A program made the translations under genes and the position numbers. The notes beneath the pieces were generated by a model. It saw nothing but the letters and a program-made list of their open reading frames with translations, did not search any database and had not been told where the DNA came from. A DNA stretch of 63,781 bases, the filler included, from Octopus bimaculoides (taxonomy: Eukaryota): the NCBI RefSeq assembly GCF_001194135.2. It is 7 parts of 6 records of this genome, joined end to end, with 100 filler letters (N's around TTAATTAATTAA, not from the genome) between each part and the next. Parts side by side here need not be neighbours in the genome. Positions count along the whole stretch, not along the records: positions 1 to 16,119 come from NC_068981.1; 6 more parts are not named here. One strand, 5' to 3'. Below are positions 1 through 12,872 of this stretch, piece by piece; within the stretch, counting starts at the first letter, position 1, and each line of letters begins with the position of its first letter.

Positions 1-2956
1 AGAGCGAACACAGCATCAACACTAGGAACACAAAATTATTATATTTGATTTTCCTGATCGGATTTTGTCTAGATTAAGTTAGAGAGTAAATACACAACTA
101 AAATTTCTTCATATGAAACGCAGAAAATGAATTTAATGACAGATCTTGGTCAACAATGATAAGATCAACGGAAAAAATGCTTAGACAATAGAGTACGGAA
201 CGAAAGGCGTCCCAAAAATTATTTTCATCCCTGGACACTCCGATTCAAATTAAATCTCTTCTTTCATCGGCTTAACTTATCATCCTACGAGGATCGGTTG
301 AATATGTACGAGATTATTGTTTTTATACTGTTTCTTCAGTTTAGCTCAAATATTAAACGAGATCTCTGATGAGAGACCTTCAAACAATGTTTATTCCATC
401 TTTTTTTAAGGTGTTGCATAGCTGTTAGTACATTCAAGAATGTCATTTTCTGACTAATGACCTGTAGAAAATAGAGGAGATTGATGAAAAACAATTACCA
501 GTCTATAATAAATTATTATGAGCACGTAAAACAGCGACAATCAAAACAATGACGTATTTGTTCATCCTTAACATGTGCTGGTCGTTTTGCAGGTGAATAT
601 GCCAATCACTGCTGTACTTCACTTTCAGTGAACAACTTCTTCAGACGTTATGTGTTGACACTACAGCCAACGTTTGAATGGAGAAGTCTTTCTCCGAAGG
701 CGAAATATAAAGGTTATTAGCATATTTCCATTCAAATCTACTGGTACATGTCAACGTTGCGTATATAAGTCATTGTTGTATTTACCAGTCTATAGTTATC
801 AGAACAATATTTCTGATAAATGCCTAACATATATTGAGGAAAGAAACACAAAAATTTGTCCAGTAAGCCTAATTACTTTTCTCTATGATATTACACATCA
901 TTACTAACATTACAAGGAATTGTCCTTCTAAGTTAATTCATAGAAAAAGAGAAGGCGTGTCTTTTGGGTTAGTGATATTGCTCATCTGCAATTTTTACGT
1001 CAACAGGAAAGAAAAAAGGGAGCAGTAGGGAGCTGCTGCCGTCTGGTACGAATATTTGCAACAGATAAACTCCAGTAAAATAATGGTTCCAAATCCTAAT
1101 ATTGAATGACCATGGGTTGTTATGTCCCGTTGAAAAATGTTCTCATTGCGAGATTATAAAATTATTGAATGTTCTATGTCGGGAGAAATTATTTCTGTGT
1201 GTACAGAAGTTTATGGGTGAATGGAGAGATCTCTCATTTCTATAGAAAAGTGTATTGAAAGTGACAGTAATTAATCTCCAAGATACCAAGCGAAGAGTTA
1301 AAAAACATCACGGAAAGAATGTGAATCGTGAAGTTACCTGTCACTACCCTTATAGTGTTATACCAACGACATGGAATTTCTTATTCAAGATTTTGTTTTC
1401 ATAGGGGATCACGTCAAGAAATGGGGAATGGCCGAAATCCGCAAGAGTTGACAGAATGTATATCAAGAATCTGCTTGTCGGTACATGCTACAATGGTTTC
1501 TGATTCAAAAAATGAGTGATAAATAGTAGATAAGTGGTCAATTTAGTGAGAATGTACTTCTAGCAGGCAATGCCGAAGCCTGTTCTGAAAATAAACGGTA
1601 TACATATTATTTTTAGCAACATATTACTTATACTACGTATAAGAATATTGTTGATAAAAGAAATGAATATTAATAACTATTTCTTCGTTTGCATTTAATA
1701 ACATTTTCATTAGATTGCGGAGTGTTGGTTTGTGCTATACGGTTGTTTCCAAAAACATAAACAAATATGTTCAACCTTGAGCATTGTAACCTTAAAACAT
1801 TCAGGGATATTCATTCTTCACAGTTATCTAAATTTCAGCAGACGTCGTACGACGTAAGTATATATGCGTAGAGGGTTCCGTTCTGTCGCAAAATTTGCAA
1901 CTGCTCTTAACCTTGGTTCATCCATTGATGATTTTGGTGTTGTTCTTGTTGTGCATACTGTTTTTGTTGTTCATTCCAGCTTAGACATGTTTGAAGAAAA
2001 CATACTATCAAATGTAATACAATCATAAACCGTCTTATTATTTTCCGAAATACCGTATCTAGGAGTATCTAGGCCCACTGTAGCTAATATGCTATTCATG
2101 TTTGTTTTTATAGATGGATTTATGAGTTATGAGACATTTTAATACTATTTCTAGTGCTTCGTCATTCACCTGTCTGTTGCTTGTCCTGTTGCTGTTGCTT
2201 CAAAAGTTACTTGTACTGCTATCTCTACCTCTGTGCTGCTTCTGTTTCTGCACATGACGTCGTTCACACAGTTGTTGCTTACTACACCTGAATGCAACTT
2301 GCTGACCGTTTTACTGTTCGTAAACTTCTTAACAAATATGGAAATGCAGTCGCCATTGGTTATATTATTTTTATTATTGTTCTTAATATTTAAGTCATTG
2401 TTGATATTCTTTGTAACGCTGCGTTTACAATCACAGGAACACTTATTATACATGCCTATACATTCGATATGGACATATTTATTTATACCAGCAGCGACGA
2501 TAAAATCTTTTTTCTCCACAAATCAGGCAGTCCTTCTAATAAAAGATCTTTTCATATCTTTTCACTGACAAAACTTCCATGTAAGAGTTGACACAATACG
2601 GAGCAAACATTCACAATAAAAGAAAACCTTCCCATACTTGGATTTTGCTCTGTACAAAAACAAATTAGACTTGAACTTGGAATATACATTTTAATTTATA
2701 AATAACGGTTTTACAGCTTCTGTGATAATTGCAATTCCCAAAATCTCATAAATATTACGTCTTCCTTCAAATAGAATCATAATAATTGTCTCTCGTAGAG
2801 GCACATTGGCAGAATATTTGGTGAGAGGATTGCAGCTTCCATCGACTATAGTGCTTAAATGGTGCTTATTTCATCTATTCAGGAAAAATCAGGGGAAAAT
2901 TTGACTTCGACGAGATTTGGACTCAAAATATAAAAGAATCGAACCGAATTCTACAA

Positions 2957-2998
<42 letters not shown>

Positions 2999-3164
2999 CC
3001 TCTATTTTTACGTTAAGTATGATAATATAAACTGCATCTATAGTTATGCCATGAAATTTAGGTGTACCATAATTACAGACGCTACAATGAGTACCAAATT
3101 TTGAGACACTCTTCAGTAGTACTGCCAACACCCAATCAATAAAATAGTTAACAGAACAATAGAG

Positions 3165-3645
3165 TTTGTGTGTGTGTGTCTTTGTGTTTGTGTTTGTCCA
3201 CCCCATCACCACTTGACAACCAGCGTTGGTGTGTTTACGTCTCCGTAATCTTAGGGGTTCGGCAAAAGAATGCAATATATTAAGTACCAGACTTTAAAAT
3301 GTTAAGTCGTGGGGTCAAGCCCTTCGATTAAAATCCTTCAAGGCGGTGCCCCAGCATGGTCGCAGTCCAGTGGCCAAAACAAATAAAAAAGACATACATA
3401 TAATTGGCGAAGGCGTGGCTGTGTGGTAAGAAGCTTTCTTCCCAACCATATGATTCCGTGTTCAGTCTCACTGCCTAGCAACTTGGGCAAGTGTCTTCCA
3501 CTATAGCCTCCAGCTGACCAAAGCTCCCCCACCATTGCTTGACACCGATAGAATATTACTAGGCTTACAAAGAATAGGTCTTGGGGTCAATTTGTTCCAC
3601 TACATGCAGTGCTCCAGCGTTGCCGTAGTCTTATGACTGAAACAA
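3165..3645 (+). mobile_element. Two tandem family A SINE pieces (3' body, then head + partial body)
   Basis: 3165-3395 matches the 3' body; 3408-3645 matches the head and 3' end of 40546-40986. Confidence 0.8.
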
Positions 3646-3710
3646 TATCATTATATATCCTATTTCTACTTTCATTCTCTTATTTCCCTCTATATTCCCT
3701 ATCTCCTCAG

Positions 3711-3822
3711 CGGTTGTTGTAACGGACTAAGGGATAAGATATCTGAACATACGATCAGTATCCGTTACCTGTGTTTGCCCCCGGGCAATGGTGTGCAGGG
3801 ACACCATATACATCGAGCGCAG
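3711..3822 (+). other. Candidate internal exon (unknown gene or lncRNA)
   Basis: Pyrimidine tract of about 45 nt ending CTCAG; donor CAG|GTAACA; one open frame GCCNGLRDKISEHTISIRYLCLPPGNGVQGHHIHRAQ; no recognised homology. Confidence 0.25.
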
Positions 3823-5051
3823 GTAACAATAGGATAAACAAAAGTTTATACACACACACACACACACACATATATATATGTATATATATGCATACATATA
3901 CACATACACACGCATAAATAAATATATATATACATACATACATATATACATATATATANNNNNNNNNNNNNNNNNNNNNNNNNNNNNNNNNNNNNNNNNN
4001 NNNNNNNNNNNNNNNNNNNNNNNNNNNNNNNNNNNNNNNNNNNNNNNNNNNNNNNNNNNNNNNNNNNNNNNNNNNNNNNNNNNNNNNNNNNNNNNNNNNN
4101 NNNNNNNNNNNNNNNNNNNNNNNNNNNNNNNNNNNNNNNNNNNNNNNNNNNNNNNNNNNNNNNNNNNNNNNNNNNNNNNNNNNNNNNNNNNNNNNNNNNN
4201 NNNNNNNNNNNNNNNNNNNNNNNNNNNNNNNNNNNNNNNNNNNNNNNNNNNNNNNNNNNNNNNNNNNNNNNNNNNNNNNNNNNNNNNNNNNNNNNNNNNN
4301 NNNNNNNNNNNNNNNNNNNNNNNNNNNNNNNNNNNNNNNNNNNNNNNNNNNNNNNNNNNNNNNNNNNNNNNNNNNNNNNNNNNNNNNNNNNNNNNNNNNN
4401 NNNNNNNNNNNNNNNNNNNNNNNNNNNNNNNNNNNNNNNNNNNNNNNNNNNNNNNNNNNNNNNNNNNNNNNNNNNNNNNNNNNNNNNNNNNNNNNNNNNN
4501 NNNNNNNNNNNNNNNNNNNNNNNNNNNNNNNNNNNNNNNNNNNNNNNNNNNNNNNNNNNNNNNNNNNNNNNNNNNNNNNNNNNNNNNNNNNNNNNNNNNN
4601 NNNNNNNNNNNNNNNNNNNNNNNNNNNNNNNNNNNNNNNNNNNNNNNNNNNNNNNNNNNNNNNNNNNNNNNNNNNNNNNNNNNNNNNNNNNNNNNNNNNN
4701 NNNNNNNNNNNNNNNNNNCACCCACGTACTTGCAAGAATAACAGAGATTTAAAAAATGCCCAAATCGTTGGTGATGATGAAGATTGAGGGAAGGGTCATG
4801 AAGGAGAAGTCGATGGGAGGAGAGAAAATGAACTTGGTTATCAGTCATCGACCTTTTCAGTTCGAGTGGCACGTGACCGACTCTTTTCCCCACCTTCTTA
4901 TCCTACTCACCACTTACAGCTGCGTCAGGTCTCCAATACTACTTATGAGCTACTGCTGTCACGTTGTATACACGTGTAGACCAGACGTGTGTGAATGTGT
5001 GTGCGTGTGTGTGTGTGTGTAAGTGAGTGAGTGAGTGAGTAAGAGAATATT

Positions 5052-5318
5052 ATGTATGCATGTATGTATGTATGTATGTATGTATGTATGTATGCATGCT
5101 TGTATGTATGTATGTATGTATGTATGTATGTATGTATGCATGCATGTATGTATGTATGTATGTATGTATGTATGCATGTATGTATATATGCATGTATGTA
5201 TGTATGTATGTATGCATGTATGTATGTATGTATGTATGTATGCACGTATGTATGTATGTATGTATGTATGTATGTGTGTGTGTATGTATGTATGTATGTA
5301 TGTATGTATGTATGTATG
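5052..5318. repeat. (ATGT)n tetranucleotide microsatellite, representative of dozens of (CA)n, (TA)n, (GA)n, (GATA)n, (TAA)n and (GTA/GTC)n tracts
   Basis: Directly visible; source of the many YVCM/HTHT/IIII pseudo-ORFs. Confidence 0.97.
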
Positions 5319-6614
5319 CCTAAATAAAGGCAGGTCACGAACTAGTCCAAAATGTTTTCTCTTTTGTCTATGTATTTATTCATTTGTGTATAATAAATGT
5401 TCGACGTTGTCTTAACGAGCAACATCGGCTGCCTTCTACTTCTCTTCTTTTTTTTTCTTTTCTTTTTCAATCGTAGTTTATATAGCCTCAGAATGGATGA
5501 TGANNNNNNNNNNNNNNNNNNNNNNNNNNNNNNNNNNNNNNNNNNNNNNNNNNNNNNNNNNNNNNNNNNNNNNNNNNNNNNNNNNNNNNNNNNNNNNNNN
5601 NNNNNNNNNNNNNNNNNNNNNNNNNNNNNNNNNNNNNNNNNNNNNNNNNNNNNNNNNNNNNNNNNNNNNNNNNNNNNNNNNNNNNNNNNNNNNNNNNNNN
5701 NNNNNNNNNNNNNNNNNNNNNNNNNNNNNNNNNNNNNNNNNNNNNNNNNNNNNNNNNNNNNNNNNNNNNNNNNNNNNNNNNNNNNNNNNNNNNNNNNNNN
5801 NNNNNNNNNNNNNNNNNNNNNNNNNNNNNNNNNNNNNNNNNNNNNNNNNNNNNNNNNNNNNNNNNNNNNNNNNNNNNNNNNNNNNNNNNNNNNNNNNNNN
5901 NNNNNNNNNNNNNNNNNNNNNNNNNNNNNNNNNNNNNNNNNNNNNNNNNNNNNNNNNNNNNNNNNNNNNNNNNNNNNNNNNNNNNNNNNNNNNNNNNNNN
6001 NNNNNNNNNNNNNNNNNNNNNNNNNNNNNNNNNNNNNNNNNNNNNCGCACACACACACAGCTATAGCAGATGATATTAATGCTTCATTATATTAAAATTT
6101 TGATTAGGACTTTGATTTCATTATATAGTTAAGGAAAAAAAGTGACGGACGGAAGAAGCAGAATATTATTATAGATAACCGTTTTAATATTTTTCACTCC
6201 TCTCTCTAGGCACTTTGTGTTGTTGAGGTAGTCGAGGCGTTCGAACCCATAGTTTTGCAGTTACTGTTGTTTAAACCTAGGAAAACTCTGATCGAGAAAA
6301 TGTGCAGCCATAAGTTTATAATGAATAGTTGTTCCTATATTTATTCAGGCAAATACCGAATGAGCCTTTCGTTTCATAAGACCGCCTAATCACATTCTGA
6401 AGACGTTTGGCTGGTATATTTAGCATGGTGGGAGTTCCGTAGAGTTCACCATTGGCTCGATGTAGGCTAGTACTTTGTTTCTTGAACCTAGATTGTTGAG
6501 AAATAAAGTTTATGTTGAGATTTCATGTCAGAAGGCAAGTAACTAAGAAAATTTCACAAGAAATTTCATTCGGTGATCTAACGACTCTGCTAATTTAAAG
6601 TCTATTATGTGTTT

Positions 6615-6730
6615 AGGTGCAGGCATGATTATGTGGCTAAGAAGCTCGTTTTGCTGTCACATGGTTTCAGGTTCAGTGCAAACTGAGCGGCACCTCTGGG
6701 CAAGCCCCTTTCTATAACCTCGAGCCAAAA
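6615..6730 (+). mobile_element. Family A SINE head, diverged
   Basis: GGCATGATTATGTGGCTAAGAAGCTCG...GGTTCAG...GGGCAAG. Confidence 0.65.
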
Positions 6731-7364
6731 CACACACACTCATACATAAGTATGCGTGTGTGTGTGCGTATAAGTGCGTGTGCAGGTGCATATTCGTGTG
6801 TTTGAGCGCGCGCGTGCGTTTGCATGTGTGTGTGCGTGCGTGTGTGTGTGTGTTTGTGCATGTTCATGGGTCCCATTAGTATCAATTAGATTCTAAAATA
6901 AAACAAAACAGACCAGAAAGTGAGCCAAGTGAATTAACTAATGTTATTGGTCCGAAAGCAACACAAGCTTGGAAATCTTCGCCGGTAGTTTTTGAAAGCG
7001 GATTATAGATGTACGAAATTAATTACTACAGAGTAGTTACTTTCTCAAATTACTTTTAACTGCCATTCCACTATCATAGCTTAGTCTTATTTACACATGT
7101 TTAGTTTTAAATTAGCTATGATTTCGCTTATCAGTGCCATTGCGATTAATTTTTAGAGTATGAATATAGGTTATAGAATATGCAAATTATGCATATAGAG
7201 TATGAATATAAGTATAAAGTATGAATATACATGGTATAATGAAATAATGAAATATCATAGACATATGTTTTAGACGGCGGAGGAATTTGAACGTAAACTC
7301 ATATTTACTAATTCGGTATGATTACTTTGGTGCATATTTTATTCATATGTTACACTATAAGATA

Positions 7365-7545
7365 GTGAGCTCGGCAAAATGTTTAGCGGCATTTCGTCTG
7401 TCTATATGGTCTGAGTTGAAATTCCGCCTTTCCTCATTACTGGGTCGATAAAATAAGTACTACCTGATATCTGGAGTCAATGTAATCGACATTTCCCTCC
7501 CTGAAATTGCTGGCATTGTGCCAAAATTTGAAACGAATATGATTC
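7365..7545 (+). mobile_element. Family B SINE, diverged with deletions
   Basis: CATTTCGTCTGTC...GGGTCGATAAAATAAGTAC...GTAATCGAC...GTGCCAAAATTTGAAAC. Confidence 0.7.
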
Positions 7546-10500
7546 TGCATATGCGGATGTGGATATATATTAATCACTTTTGTGCTTCGTCACACGGGAA
7601 GAGCTTCTCATTCATGATGAATATATGTTCATAACACACTCGATTAATTATCACATGAGATTCTAGGATAACTGAAGTTTCTCTATGGCAATGTCTCACA
7701 ACCAGCAGAATCCCAGGACAAATGAATCTATCAAGAGGTGACACACTTGTTTATAATTTCAATGATCAGTTTGTTCGCTGATCCGTGGTGATATTTGCCA
7801 TTCGATAATAAATCGTTAGATGCAAAAGGTTACATATTCATTTCAGGAGGGCTCGCAATCTTGTTTATCTAAATAGACAAATACAGGTGCACCAAATAGT
7901 ATACAATATAAGTTCTTGATTATTAGAATTTTTATTTAGTTTTTATTCAATTTATTTAATTTCATCCCTTAATGACTGAGATTAGCCATTAAAGGATGAA
8001 ATTAAATAACCAAATGAGAATTAAGACCGAGTCAACTTGAGGAAGGATGATAATTTCAAGATTCAAGTTTATCCCGATATGCCAATAAAGAAAAAAAACA
8101 CACTTATTGTGTGGAGATCAGAGAATAGTCGTGGGTATTGTATTTTGGCTCAAAGGTGGCATTGGCACGACAGTTGCTCGGCCATAACTCCAGTAGCCAA
8201 GGGACTGAGACTTATATAAATATGAGTAAAACATATTTATGGTCGAGGGAATTTGTATAATTTTAAAAAGAATGAGATAAGTGGAATAGTTGAAAGTTTC
8301 CAATGGCTCGTATTTGAACAACATAGACAAATACATGTATATTAAATACCATGCGACATAAATTCTTGATACACTAAAATCATCCCAGCCTCTAGATGCA
8401 TCATAATAACCAAATGCCATTTAATGCCGGCTGAACTTGAGAGGGGGAGATAACCTCAATATCGAAGGCTTCTCCAAAGTTGAAACGACATTATGGGAAA
8501 GGACAGACTTATCACTTACAGATAAGGGGTGAGTTGTGGACATGTGTTTCTGGCTCAATAAGGGCCATCTTCTGGTATATCAGAATGGTAAGAATGTCGG
8601 ATCAAATGGGTTAATATATATGTGTCCCGGCTCTTTACATCTGGATTTAGATTTCACTGATGACAACTTTTGACAACATTGCCTTTCATTATTCAATTAT
8701 CAATAAACCAATGCGTCTGTCTATGGCAGTAAATTGATAGAATTTTTAAAGCTTTGAACAAAATGTTTTAAGTTGTTTTGCTAGAGCTCTTTACGTTCTG
8801 ATTTGTTGCATCGATACATGTACGAAATCCTATCAGATCTAATCTATCCGTTGGATAATATCGGTGGCTTGGAAAGAAAGCCTTGCTGAAATCGTAACTG
8901 TTGATATTCCATTCAACGGGCGGGGGGCCGAATAGAATCTTTCCTGCGCACTCACCCTGGAGAGAAAAAATCCAGGTACAGAAATATATCTAGGTGCAGA
9001 CAGATATTTTGACTTTAGAAATGCATTCCTCTACATGGTTCGTTCTTATTTTATCGATTTTGAACAACACAAATAAACAAAGATCAATAGATAAATAATA
9101 CTTCTACATTCCTCGTTCCTACTTTTGGTCTGCTTTCATCTACCACAGTATGCTATCTTCCACAAGGCCCTATACTTTTGAAACAGTGGAGTATGGTATT
9201 TTGTTCTTGTGCATATATTTTGTACAAATATATGTATGTTACGCATCCGTGAGAATTATTTCATCTACGTATGTGTATTTACTACTTCTAGTCATCTTTC
9301 TAAATGGAAAAAGATTCTTAGGTGCTTTAATAATTGTAGCTCCAAATTTATCTTTCAGCATGGCTGAAGCTTTGTGTTACTACCTATTCATACCTTCATA
9401 CCTTCTTATTCATACCTTCTCTCACCACCCCTCTCTTCCTCTCTCTTTCCCTCTCCCTCTCTCTTTCCCTCTCCCTCTGTCTCTTTCTCTTTTGTCCCTT
9501 TTCTCTCTCTCTCTCCCCCTTCTCTCTCAATCAGATTGCTGACAAGATCCAAAAATGCTAGATTGTTGACGTCTCACATCAACAGTTATTCTCATTAGGT
9601 TTATATCCCTCTTGAAAGAACTAGGAATGAGAAAGTAGACAATCTCCTTGAATTAAGTACGTTCAGTCATTTACTGTTCATCAGGTATTCGATTATCATG
9701 TAAAACATAATTAACAATTAGTTGTATAAAATCCGTAGAAATCAACAAGCAATATGAAATAATAAATCTGCAACACAATGGAATCAAAGTAAACTTTAAA
9801 CTTGACCTATGTTCAAATTATGCACAGGAGGGTATGTGTAGGTTTACAGGTTATTTTATAGTTACAAGCCACATCAGCTAATAGCAGCTCTTACTTGCTT
9901 TATTAACGCTTAATTCATGTTAATAGTGTACAATATTGGTATAAGATCACATTCGAGAACGAGTCGATTGAATGACCTTTCAGTATGTTAACGATATTTA
10001 TCTTTATCGATCCCAGAGTCAGAAAAGATAACGTCTCCTTTAACATTATTTGAACTTAGAACGTATAGGGACGAGACAATGCAAAAAGACATTTTGTACG
10101 GCATTAACTCTATATGAAAATAATTACTTCAGACAAAGACACAAAGGCCAGATCAAAAATACTTGAGGGCAGGGTTACTCCATTAAATTTGACTGGAAAA
10201 ATGCATGACAAGGTTGAACTCAGAATGCAGCGAGCAAGAAATATACTGCAAGTATTGTGTCATGTTGTAATGATTCTGATAATTTGTCACTCTTACGAAA
10301 ATAATTGTTTCTGATTTAGGCAAAAGGCCAACAGCTTTTAGAGGCCAGCAGGTTTTAGAGACATGGTGTTAGTTGATACCACCGAGCCCTTACGGGAGTG
10401 ATGGTGCTGCGCGAAAGGCCTAGTTGAAGGCCCAACATTCTGAGTTCTTTTACAGAGCTCAGAAAAATTGACGGACTGCGCAATAAGTTGTGAACCTGGG

Positions 10501-11738
10501 AGGGCAATATTTTGGATAAGACCATGATAAACTGATCCTTCTATTTTTTCTTTTACTCAAAGCCATGAACCTTTCAGCACTTCTTTGTAAATTGATTGAT
10601 AATCAAGCTTTATCGCACCCACCGGGATGAAAGGGAAAGTTAATTTCAGCGGGAATTGAACTCAAAACGTAGAAAACCGAAAAAGTCATAACAAAGTATT
10701 TGTTCACACTTTCTAATGATTCTGTTAATCAACCACCCTTGAATTTATAATAATAAAGATTCAGTCTTAGTCACAACATCTGGAGAAGCATTGAAGGTCG
10801 TTTGAATCAAGTCCCACTAGTTATTCTCTGCTTCGTAGTTTATCTGGAAATGTGAACCATCTAGCTGACGCTTGCTGGGTTTGAACTCACAATTTAATAT
10901 AATTTAACTAAATACTGGTGATCTGTACTACCTACTGCTCTTTACTTATAATGAGAAGGCGCTATTGTCCTTAATATTTCCATATTTTAGTGACTGAAGA
11001 GGGATAAAAGATTCAGATGACCCCGGTGAGAATTAAACACAGAAATATAAAGAGGAAGAGTAACTAAATACCGTAAGACATTTAATACGGCACTTAACTG
11101 TTTCTATTACCCTCCACGGTACCCTATATTTATAATAACTTTACACTGTGAACGGATGCAGTAGTTATAAGTACATAAAGGAACAACTTCATGCTGCCAT
11201 TAATTTTAATTGAAATTTCTACAGTTCCGCCTTCTGACATAGAGTTCATATGATTTTTTTTCTTTTCTTTTTTTATTGTTAATCTTAAGAAAAGAAAGAC
11301 CGAAATAATTTTGTCCTTTACAGAAACTGCAATTAAAATTGTCTCAAATGTCACATTTGACATATATTGGACGTGACCATATGACATTCTCCCTTATTTC
11401 AATTACCAAGCATCAGATGCTACCTCAAATTACTTTTTCGGTAATGATAATAGACAAGGCTTTTTAAAGGCAGCGGACAAAATTCTTTTAAGTTCAATTC
11501 CTAAAGAGTTTCATTTTGCCCTTCATCTCTGGGATCATTAAATAAGGACTAGAATTTAATGAAACAACTACAACTTTACTCCAGAACGTGGACGTGTACC
11601 TATGTGGAGACTTTATTTAATAAGCGATATACGGCAGTATTGATGAACGATAATCACAATTCCTTGTGGTATTTATTTGTATTCTTTTTTGTTCCGCGTT
11701 GAAAACACGGCGAAGTCACCATCTCCTTCAGTCCTTTT

Positions 11739-11907
11739 GAAATCTGTAAAACAAATATCCTTCAAGTGCAAGACATGATATTATACGAATATTTTCATAC
11801 CATTCTCCGTTTACAAAGAAGAAGGAAACAATTACATTTAGTAACTATAACAGAAGATTCAAAGATGCTTTAAAGTGAACGAAGCAGAAAGTACCCACGA
11901 CACTCCT
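11739..11907 (+). repeat. Local direct duplication of about 170 bp; partner at 14229-14401
   Basis: Colinear, roughly 85-90% identical by eye. Confidence 0.9.
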
Positions 11908-12380
11908 GTCGGGTCAAAACTGCATCAACTTCTCTCTCACTTTAAATGAAATGAGAGTGGAGTAAAAATTGGTGAAACCCAGTTCAGTAAGTTTCAAATT
12001 TATTGAAATGTAAGTGAAAAATAAAGCGATTTAGTAGAATAAACTGACAGTCTCATTTGACTGAAAGAGTGTAGGGGTGTTAAGACAGACAATGTACTCG
12101 AAACGGAGATTTTCGTGGTTTTTGAGTACATTGATATTCCTGAGTCTATCAAGTTATTCAATTTTATTAGATATTTTATTATATATTTTACTTATGTGTG
12201 TGTTTCTGAAAGCATGGACATGATCTACCCGATACCCATGGATACGACGGACTGCACTGTTATCATCACAGGAATACGGACAATGATCTTAAGAAACCTG
12301 TGATCTGAGGAAACGCGCGTAGCGATGCATTAAAATACTAATAAATACAATCCAAGGATTATTAGTTATTACTATATATA

Positions 12381-12435
<55 letters not shown>

Positions 12436-12500
12436 NNNNNNNNNNNNNNNNNNNNNNNNGTATGTGTGTGTGTGTGTGTGCGTTTGTGTGTGTGTGTATG

Positions 12501-12535
<35 letters not shown>

Positions 12536-12840
12536 GCGTGTGATCTTGGTTATTTACGAGCTAAGACCTTTTTCAGCTCTGATCGGTGGATATATATATA
12601 TACCCACTAAGTAGACGTGCACCCCTCACCTGATTACTTTTCACATACTGGCAAAGTACAACTGCTATAAACAAAAGTTTTTTTTAATTTTTTATTGACA
12701 GCTTCTAGAATGAGACATTATATGACACACCTTTACTGGTGATAACACTGAAACTACTGAGCCATATGAAGGTGAGGATAATAAGACAAAGAGCCCCCTA
12801 GTGTCGTTGAATTAGCTGTCAAACCTTTAGAAAGCACTCG

Positions 12841-12872
<32 letters not shown>

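Noticed and set aside
361-390. CTGATGAG and other isolated CUGANGA hits (also near 10995, 18500, 22017)
   Set aside because: No downstream stem II-GAAA-UH arrangement, so not hammerheads.
3727-6095. Long ORFs full of X, and YVCM/HTHT/IIII/LSLS ORFs throughout the track
   Set aside because: Translations of N-gaps and microsatellites.
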